The notes beneath the pieces are model-generated. The model was not told the DNA's origin, did no database searches, and was given only the letters and a program-made list of their open reading frames with translations. The position numbers and the translations under genes are program-made. Below, piece after piece: positions 26,014 to 32,000 of a stretch of DNA of 32,000 bases; within the stretch, counting starts at the first letter, position 1, and every line of letters begins with the position of its first letter. The stretch covers positions 360,001 through 392,000 of the forward strand of contig NZ_RSDW01000001.1 of NCBI RefSeq assembly GCF_003945235.1, given 5' to 3'. The stretch is from Edaphobacter aggregans (GTDB lineage Bacteria > Acidobacteriota > Terriglobia > Terriglobales > Acidobacteriaceae).

Positions 26014-28416
26014 TTAGCGAGTACCGCCACCTTGAGGAGCACCAGAGCCCGGACGACGTCCGCCACGACGGCGACGCCCACCCGGACGACGTTGCTGCCC
26101 ACCAGGCCCGCCATTACCCTGCGGACCCTGGCCGACCTGATTGCCAACAGGAGCATCGACCCGATTGAAATTCGGCTCCTCGGCAACATCATCGCCCTCT
26201 TCGTCGAAGTCTTCTTCCTCTTCGCTCGAAGATGCCTCGACCTCAGCAGCGCGTCCACGCGGCACACCAGCTTCAGCACTCGCACCATCGGCTCCAGCCT
26301 GCGCAGGATCCGGCAGACCGAGCTTCGCTCGCTGTTCACGAAGAACTGCCTTCCTCGAGAGCTTGATGCGGTTGCCCTCGATCGCCAGCACCTTCACCAG
26401 GATCTGATCGCCCTCACGAAGCTCGTCCTTGACCTCTTTCACGCGATGCTCTGCGATCTCAGAGACGTGCAGCAAGCCGTCCGTTCCCGGAAAGATCTCG
26501 ACAAACGCGCCGAACTCGGCCAGACGAACCACTTTGCCCAGATACGTCTTACCAACCTCAGGAACAGCAGTCAGGTCAGTAATCATCTGGATCGCGCGCG
26601 CCAGACCATCAGCATCGCTCGAAGCCACATTCACTCGGCCCGAATCGTCAACGTCGATCTTCACACCGGTCGCATCGATGATGCCCCGAATCACCTTGCC
26701 GCCCGGTCCGATCAGGTCACGGATCTTATCGGTCGGAATCTGCAGTGTGTGAATCCGCGGAGCAAACTTGGACTTCTCTTCATTCGCACCAGCGATCGTC
26801 GCATCCATCGTATCCAACAGCGACAGCCGTCCACGACGAGCCTGCTCAAGGGCCTCACGCATGATCTGTGGCGTGATTCCCATGATCTTGATGTCCATCT
26901 GCAGCGCCGTAATACCCTTGCGAGTACCAGCCACCTTGAAGTCCATATCACCATAGTGATCCTCAGCGCCCGCAATATCGGTGAGAACTGCATACTTATC
27001 GCCTTCCTTCACCAGCCCCATAGCCACACCGGCAACCGATCCCTTAATCGGAATCCCAGCCTGCATCAGCGACAGAGACGCACCGCATACGGTAGCCATA
27101 GAAGACGATCCATTCGACTCCAGAATGTCGGAGACGACGCGCAGGGTATACGGCGACTCATCTTCAGCTGGCAACACAGCCTCAATCGCTCGCGAAGCCA
27201 AAGCGCCATGACCAATCTCACGCCGACCAACCCCACTCATCCTGCCCACTTCTCCAACCGAGAACGGCGGGAAGTTATAGTGCAGCATGAAGCGACGCTT
27301 CTGCTCACCCTCATAGCTCTCCAACCGCTGAGCATCGTCAGTCGTACCCAAAGTCGCACTCACCAGCGCCTGCGTCTCTCCGCGAGTGAACAACGCCGAA
27401 CCGTGAACACGCGGCAGAACTCCAACCTCAACCGTGACTTGACGAATCTCGTCAAAAGCCCGGTGGTCGGGACGAATGCGCTCGTTCAAAACTTGATCGC
27501 GGAAGATCTTCTCGCGCAGCACTTCGTAGTACTTGCTGAGCTTCTTCGCCGCCGCGGCATCTCCTTCGGGCAGATCCTTTTTCAGCTCATCCTTTATGTT
27601 CTTGATCAACGCATAGCTGTCGAACTTCGGATGCTTCTTCGTGTCGAGCGCGTCCTTCAACTGCGCACCGATCTTGCTGGTCAACTCGTCGAGATACGCC
27701 TGGTCAACCTCGGCAGGTGTAACCGTACGTTTCGTCTTCCCTGCACGACTGACCAAGTCTTCAATAGCAGCACAGATCTTCTTGATCTCGCCATGCGCAA
27801 ACTCGATAGCATCGACGACGCGGTCTTCGGCAACTTCCTTCGCGCCGGACTCGATCATCACAATGCCATCCTTAGTCCCCACAACCATGATGTTCAGCGA
27901 ACTTTTCTCACGCTCGCCATAGGTAGGGTTCACCACGAACTGATCATCCACGAGTCCAATCCGCACAGCTCCTACTGGCCCATGGAAGGGAATGTCGCTC
28001 AGGGCAAGCGCACAGCTTGCACCATTGATTCCGAGCACATCCGGATCATTCTCCTTATCAGCGGAGTAGACAAACGCAACCACCTGCGTCTCATTCCGAA
28101 ACTCCTCTGGAAACAGAGGACGGATCGGACGGTCGATCTGGCGGCTCGTCAAAATCTCCTTCTCGCTGGGACGACCTTCGCGCTTGATAAATCCACCCGG
28201 AATGCGGCCACCCGCGTAGGTGAACTCGCGGTACTCAACCGTCAGGGGGAAGAAGTCAATCCCTTCCTTCGGGTCCGGCGAAGCCACAGCCGTTGCCAGA
28301 ACTACGTTGTCGCCGCTTGTCGTCAGCGCCGCGCCCGAGGCTTGCTTCGCCATCCTACCTGTCTCAAATTTAATTTGCTTGCCACCGGCAAGCTCAACTG
28401 TAACGTCCTGCTTCAT
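26014..28416 (-). CDS. pnp: polynucleotide phosphorylase / polyribonucleotide nucleotidyltransferase with an extended C-terminal tail
   Basis: 800 aa. It has two RNase PH domains (FETGRMAKQASGA, RPLFP, HGSALFTRGETQAL, REIGHGALA), a KH domain (IRDLIGPGGKVIRGI) and an S1 domain (GKVVRLAEFGAFVEI...GLLHVSEI). Confidence 0.95.
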   Translation of the reverse strand: MKQDVTVELAGGKQIKFETGRMAKQASGAALTTSGDNVVLATAVASPDPKEGIDFFPLTVEYREFTYAGGRIPGGFIKREGRPSEKEILTSRQIDRPIRPLFPEEFRNETQVVAFVYSADKENDPDVLGINGASCALALSDIPFHGPVGAVRIGLVDDQFVVNPTYGEREKSSLNIMVVGTKDGIVMIESGAKEVAEDRVVDAIEFAHGEIKKICAAIEDLVSRAGKTKRTVTPAEVDQAYLDELTSKIGAQLKDALDTKKHPKFDSYALIKNIKDELKKDLPEGDAAAAKKLSKYYEVLREKIFRDQVLNERIRPDHRAFDEIRQVTVEVGVLPRVHGSALFTRGETQALVSATLGTTDDAQRLESYEGEQKRRFMLHYNFPPFSVGEVGRMSGVGRREIGHGALASRAIEAVLPAEDESPYTLRVVSDILESNGSSSMATVCGASLSLMQAGIPIKGSVAGVAMGLVKEGDKYAVLTDIAGAEDHYGDMDFKVAGTRKGITALQMDIKIMGITPQIMREALEQARRGRLSLLDTMDATIAGANEEKSKFAPRIHTLQIPTDKIRDLIGPGGKVIRGIIDATGVKIDVDDSGRVNVASSDADGLARAIQMITDLTAVPEVGKTYLGKVVRLAEFGAFVEIFPGTDGLLHVSEIAEHRVKEVKDELREGDQILVKVLAIEGNRIKLSRKAVLREQRAKLGLPDPAQAGADGASAEAGVPRGRAAEVEASSSEEEEDFDEEGDDVAEEPNFNRVDAPVGNQVGQGPQGNGGPGGQQRRPGGRRRRGGRRPGSGAPQGGGTR

Positions 28417-28489
28417 GTTGCCTCTCTTCTCTTTTCACTCGGTATATGGAAACTTTTTGAACGCGCCGTCCATTCTGCAGGCGCGAAAA

Positions 28490-28535
28490 AGTGCAGTTCG
28501 GCTATGCGGCTTTTGAGCCACAAGCGAACTGCACT
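28490..28535 (-). terminator. long hairpin plus U-tract in the rpsO-pnp intergenic region (rpsO terminator and/or pnp-leader regulatory hairpin)
   Basis: On the minus strand: AGTGCAGTTCG ... CGAACTGCACT (11 bp), with an inner 6-bp extension GTGGCT/AGCCGC (one G-U pair), followed by TTTT. A second small hairpin CGCGCC/GGCGCG (28462-28485) follows. It lies 70 nt upstream of the pnp ATG. Confidence 0.5.
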
Positions 28536-28715
28536 GATATAGAACGATCAACTAACATCGACCGACGTCGGAAAACAATGGGAGCTATGCCTACGTCCAT
28601 CGTCAGCAACTCCCGTCGCAAGATCTCTTCTGACCTTGCACGAAGTTTGCCACCCGAATGAGGACGGGCTGTATGTGCTTCCATGGTTTGTATGGTGTCT
28701 CCGGAGTCGATGCGT

Positions 28716-28982
28716 TTACTTGCGGATTCCCAGTTTGCCGATAACGTCGCGATAGCGATCGGCATCGCACTTCTTTAGGTAATCAAGCAAACGGCGACGC
28801 TTGCTCACGAGCATCAGAAGCCCGCGGCGCGATCCGTGGTCCTTCTTGTGTGCTTTGAAGTGTTCCGTCAACTCGCCGATGCGCTCGCTCAAAATCGCAA
28901 TCTGAACCTCGGGACTCCCGGTATCTGAGTCATGGGTGCGGAACTTCTCAATAATGTCTGTCTTTTTAGCGGATGCCAACAC
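28716..28982 (-). CDS. rpsO: 30S ribosomal protein S15
   Basis: 88 aa. [49 protein letters not shown] is the S15 signature. The rpsO-pnp order is conserved. GTG start at 28982, with TTG at 28979 as an alternative. Confidence 0.93.
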   Translation of the reverse strand: MLASAKKTDIIEKFRTHDSDTGSPEVQIAILSERIGELTEHFKAHKKDHGSRRGLLMLVSKRRRLLDYLKKCDADRYRDVIGKLGIRK

Positions 28983-29104
28983 AGCTGTTTCTACTCCTAA
29001 TCTTCTAGTCCACTCTTAGTGTCTATGTAAGAATAGCACCGCAAGCGAAAGGGGGCAATAAAAGCAACCCCTCCTCGTCCCAAAAAGTGCTTCTTAAAAA
29101 CAAC

Positions 29105-29791
29105 TTACGCGACATGAGTCTTTAGAAAGAACAGCGTCCGTTCCCTCGCTAAAGCCGCCGCCGGTGCATTGAAGTCAACGCGGGCATCACAACTGAATCC
29201 ATGCCCGGCATTGTCATACACATAGATCTCAACTTCGGGATGCGCCGTATGTACCGCCTCCACCTGATCCTTCCCGATATGGGTATCGTTAGCTCCAAAA
29301 TGCAGCATAACCGGACAACTCGGCTCCTCCGCAGCAAACTTCCCGATTCCGCCCGGATAGTAGCCCACGCAACAGGATGGCTGGATCTTCAAGTCCTCAC
29401 CACGCGTAGCAGTCAGCCAGCTCATTAAGCCGCCAAAGCAGTACCCAACAACGCCAATACCCTTCCCAGCTTCCTTCGCCAGTTCATAGGCGGCAGCGAT
29501 ATCCAATAACGCCGTATCAGGCCGCAGCTTTCCCATCAACTCATACGCATGCTTGGCGTCTTCGCCTTCATACTTCAGATCTACTCCCTGTTCATACCGA
29601 TCGAACAAGGCTGGCACCACCACTAGAAACCCATCATTGGCAAATCCGTCCGCAACTCTGCGAATATGCCCGTTCACTCCAAATATCTCGTGAATCAACA
29701 CCAGAGCACCAATCGGCTCGCTCTGCGGACGCGCGACATAAGCGCTCAGGACATGTCCATCGTTCGAGTTCAACTTCACCCACTCGCTCAT
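29105..29791 (-). CDS. dienelactone hydrolase family protein (carboxymethylenebutenolidase-like)
   Basis: 228 aa. Carries LVLIHEIFGVNGHIRRVADGFANDGFLVVVPALFDR and the nucleophile motif VGYCFGG. SD GGAGAAACG precedes the ATG. Confidence 0.88.
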   Translation of the reverse strand: MSEWVKLNSNDGHVLSAYVARPQSEPIGALVLIHEIFGVNGHIRRVADGFANDGFLVVVPALFDRYEQGVDLKYEGEDAKHAYELMGKLRPDTALLDIAAAYELAKEAGKGIGVVGYCFGGLMSWLTATRGEDLKIQPSCCVGYYPGGIGKFAAEEPSCPVMLHFGANDTHIGKDQVEAVHTAHPEVEIYVYDNAGHGFSCDARVDFNAPAAALARERTLFFLKTHVA

Positions 29792-29855
29792 CGTTTCTCC
29801 TTTGGTCAGCTATGCAACATAACATGGCCGCATTAAATCCGGCTTGAGCGCGCCC

Positions 29856-30086
29856 TTATTCTTCCTTATTCGAGCCCGCATAGCCCTTGATCTCCCCAGT
29901 CCACCGCAGAAACCGGAAGAATTGCTGTTTCTCTCTCCAGAAGAGATTCCAGAAATCCCGCGCACCCACCGTTTCGGCGCGCTTTCCCGAGTAAGTCTCA
30001 AGCCGCCACCGAAGATAGGGGCTACGCCATGGCCTTAGCCGTTCACCCCGCGTCGCGTTCCACAAAAACCTGATTCCTTCGACCAT
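29856..30086 (-). CDS. hypothetical small Trp/Arg-rich protein
   Basis: 76 aa with 6 Trp and 12 Arg (RPWRSPYLRWRLETYSG, FWNLFWREKQQFFRFLRW). Its codon pattern looks coding, and the opposite-strand ORF 29844..30038 translates to a low-complexity P/L/S product. No clear SD, and a hairpin lies just upstream, so the call is tentative. Confidence 0.4.
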   Translation of the reverse strand: MVEGIRFLWNATRGERLRPWRSPYLRWRLETYSGKRAETVGARDFWNLFWREKQQFFRFLRWTGEIKGYAGSNKEE

Positions 30087-30102
30087 CTTCTTAGTATAGA
30101 GA

Positions 30103-30134
30103 AAGCGCCTTCCTTATCTTTCCGGAACGCGCTT
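30103..30134 (-). terminator. candidate terminator after flgL
   Basis: On the minus strand: AAGCGCGTTCC, a 10-nt loop, then GGAAGGCGCTT (10 of 11 pairs), followed by TCTCTATAC. It lies 25 nt after the flgL stop. Confidence 0.4.
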
Positions 30135-30158
30135 AGCGAGTGAGCACGTTCAATCCCC

Positions 30159-31058
30159 CTACTGCAAATAATCGAAAAGATCATTCTTCCCTAGCGCACT
30201 CATCACACTCATCAATGCCTGATTTTGTACCTCAGCAGAATTTAACTGGGTTGCAACAGTCGCCGTGTCAGAAGCGACCAGAGTGCTCTGCTGCACCTTC
30301 AAGTGGGCTTCTTCGGTCTGCGCATATGTGCTCGTCGCCTGCAACCTGCTCAATGAAGAATCCAGAATGCTCCGCTGATCCGATAACTGCCCAAGCGCCG
30401 TTGTCAACACAGACGTATCTGCCACCGAGGTAGGTCCAGCCGTACCACTCGAGAAGTCCGCAATCAATTGGTTCAACGCTCCTAACACTCCAGCGCTACC
30501 CGTGCCGAAGATGGCCGAGCCTGGAAGATTGACCTGGATCTTCTGCCCAGCTGGCGTAGTCACGTACTGAACATTCGTATCGCCTACGTAGCTTACCGTT
30601 GCAGGAGAGGTCGAAGTATCCAGCGTGAACGGCTTCGTCGAACCCTGGCTGCCGGCAAACGAATAGTTCCCCTGATAGCTCGTATTCGCCAGCGACAGCA
30701 CCTGGTCGCGAATCCCCGTCAACTGCTGGGCGATCGTCGACAGATTCGCCGCATTCAACGTCCCATTACTCCCCTGCACCGCCAGTGTCAACGCGGACGT
30801 CAGTTGTGTCACCACCTCACCCAGCGTCGAGTCCGTAACCTGCAACATGGAACTATCGCTCGATGCAGTCTGGACATAGTTGTCCTGCTGCGCAATCTCG
30901 CTGCCGATCATCGAAGCCTGCGCAGCCGCCACCGGATCATCAGCAAGCGATGTCACTCGCAACCCGCTCGACAGTTGTGCAGTCAAACTGGTTTCTACGC
31001 TCTGCGACTGATCGAGCGCGCCCGACAGATTCGTGACAAAGTTAGGATCTACTCTCAA
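30159..31058 (-). CDS. flgL: flagellar hook-associated protein 3 (hook-filament junction protein)
   Basis: The flagellin-like N-terminus reads RVDPNFVTNLSGALDQSQSVETSLTAQLSSGLRVTSLADDPVAAAQ, and the C-terminus reads ATQLNSAEVQNQALMSVMSAL. The track ORF starts inside flgK. The TTG at 31058 has AAGGAGG 6 nt upstream, giving 299 aa. Confidence 0.85.
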   Translation of the reverse strand: MRVDPNFVTNLSGALDQSQSVETSLTAQLSSGLRVTSLADDPVAAAQASMIGSEIAQQDNYVQTASSDSSMLQVTDSTLGEVVTQLTSALTLAVQGSNGTLNAANLSTIAQQLTGIRDQVLSLANTSYQGNYSFAGSQGSTKPFTLDTSTSPATVSYVGDTNVQYVTTPAGQKIQVNLPGSAIFGTGSAGVLGALNQLIADFSSGTAGPTSVADTSVLTTALGQLSDQRSILDSSLSRLQATSTYAQTEEAHLKVQQSTLVASDTATVATQLNSAEVQNQALMSVMSALGKNDLFDYLQ

Positions 31059-31107
31059 GCAACTCCTCCTTCTTCTCTTGACATACGCGTAAGACAGCTC
31101 ATCGACG

Positions 31108-32000
31108 CTACGAGACCGTCGTCTCCACACCCAGATTGAGCGCGCTCGCCATAATCTGATCGGCAACCGAGAACACCTTCGCCGCCGCCTGATATGACCG
31201 CTGATACTGCGTCAGGTTCGCCGCCTCGTCATCGAGCGACACTCCGGAGAGTGAATCTCGTTGCGTCGTCAGCTGCGTCAACGTGGCCTGCTGCGCTGCA
31301 TTGTCTGTAGTTGCTCCAGCCGTGGCATTCCCGATGCGTGCCAGTAACGACGCATAGTAGCTCGATGTCGTCTCTCCACCGACAATGCTCGTCGTTGAAA
31401 TGCCAGCCAGCAGCGTAGCGTTTCCATTTCCCGTCGATCCCTCTCCCATCGCTGCAGCCGCGATCGCCTGCGGATCGGTCGTAGCAACTGCTATCAATCC
31501 CGCCGCACGGCCCGAACTGCCAGGAAGCGTGAAGATAGCTTGCCCGGAATTCCCATTCCCATCTATTCCCTGTTCATTCTGCTGATTCACCTGTGTCCCG
31601 ATCGCATAAGCAAGACTGTCAAGTGTACTCACAAACCCAGGCAACTCCTGGTCTCTGGCCTGCAGAACTCCACCCAGCGAGCCTCCGCTCAGACTCGACG
31701 TCACATCCTCCGCATTGGTTCCTACAAAGATATGCGTCACCCCCGACACCTGCGCCGTCGTCATGCCATAAGACTGGTCACCCGCCACCACAACAGCGCC
31801 GTTGCTGGTCGTAAGCGTAATGTCGTTGTTTTCTGTCGATATCTGATTCAGTCCAACGTACTGTGACAGCTGTGCGATCGCCACCTGCCGTTGGTCCTCC
31901 AGAGCTCCCGCATCCTGATTCGGGCTCATGCTCGTGATCTGCTGATTCAACGAAGCAATCGTCGCCGTCAGCGTATTCACCTGGTCGACGATGCTCCCTG
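31108..32000 (-). CDS. flgK: flagellar hook-associated protein 1, C-terminal part (gene runs off the window end)
   Basis: The frame stays open to position 32000 (..GSIVDQVNTLTATIASLNQQI). The C-terminus SGVSLDDEAANLTQYQRSYQAAAKVFSVADQIMASALNL is the FlgK signature. It sits directly upstream of flgL. Confidence 0.88.
   Translation of the reverse strand, partial: GSIVDQVNTLTATIASLNQQITSMSPNQDAGALEDQRQVAIAQLSQYVGLNQISTENNDITLTTSNGAVVVAGDQSYGMTTAQVSGVTHIFVGTNAEDVTSSLSGGSLGGVLQARDQELPGFVSTLDSLAYAIGTQVNQQNEQGIDGNGNSGQAIFTLPGSSGRAAGLIAVATTDPQAIAAAAMGEGSTGNGNATLLAGISTTSIVGGETTSSYYASLLARIGNATAGATTDNAAQQATLTQLTTQRDSLSGVSLDDEAANLTQYQRSYQAAAKVFSVADQIMASALNLGVETTVS

Noticed and set aside
26032-28542. An 836-codon plus-strand ORF antisense to the whole of pnp, longer than pnp itself. 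Similar gene-length antisense ORFs occur at 8719..10575, 13965..15395, 1666..2724, 3599..4771 and 843..1742.
   Set aside because: Their translations are R/P/H/Q/L/T-rich low complexity with no recognisable motifs. The opposite strands encode unmistakable PNPase, acyl-CoA synthetase, GltB and others. In GC-rich genes, the codons whose complements are stop codons (TTA, CTA, TCA) are rare. Long open antisense frames are therefore expected.
28502-28765. An 87-aa minus-strand ORF in the rpsO-pnp spacer that overlaps the rpsO 3' end.
   Set aside because: It overlaps rpsO out of frame and runs through the leader hairpins. It has no recognisable motif, and the region is better explained as a structured untranslated leader.
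29844-30038. A plus-strand 64-aa ORF opposite the small W/R-rich ORF.
   Set aside because: The product (…PSPPQKPEELLFLSPEEIPEIP…KPPPKIGATPWP) looks like an antisense low-complexity translation. The minus-strand frame looks more protein-like, although it is itself uncertain.

Overview
This window reads as ordinary core chromosome from a high-GC bacterium. It is most likely a member of the Acidobacteriota (Acidobacteriaceae-like). That guess rests on gene content and on a dispersed intergenic GTCATYCTGAGCGAAGCG... repeat family that I recall from that group, and I cannot verify it here.

I support 27 protein-coding genes. In window order they are:
- a partial tag gene, missing from the ORF track
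- a small excisionase-type HTH gene
- pfk
- an MBL-fold hydrolase
- a secreted HAD acid phosphatase
- a membrane PP2C/SpoIIE phosphatase
- a putative outer-membrane barrel
- a long TonB-C protein
- a leucine-rich-repeat (LRR) protein abutting a long-chain acyl-CoA synthetase, with a FadR(YsiA)-like TetR regulator upstream
- a stand-alone gltB
- an arginine operon, argR-argC-argB-argD-argF-argG-(small ORF)-argH-short NAGS
- pnp and rpsO
- a dienelactone hydrolase
- a small W/R-rich ORF
- flgL and a partial flgK

Several ORF-track starts are GTG or TTG and are probably too far upstream. I adjusted the HTH gene, the acid phosphatase, the acyl-CoA synthetase, argB, argG, the small ORF at 22954 and flgL using Shine-Dalgarno (SD) placement.

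I see no CRISPR array, integrase, transposase, toxin-antitoxin pair, tRNA, rRNA or recognisable defence system. I do not think the window holds a clear-cut novel multi-gene system.

The items most worth a second look are:
1. Nine tandem nonapeptide repeats in the cytoplasmic part of an atypical TonB-C protein, which sits next to a barrel gene.
2. A perfect 51-bp palindrome carrying two ARG-box-like cores 21 bp apart, between the divergent gltB and argR.
3. An orphan gltB with an insertion roughly where ferredoxin-GOGAT carries its ferredoxin loop.
4. A PNPase with an acidic-then-RGG C-terminal tail of about 100 aa.
5. A repeat element plus a small secreted-protein gene wedged between argG and argH.
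6. Composite micro-repeat and dispersed-repeat arrays in intergenic regions.
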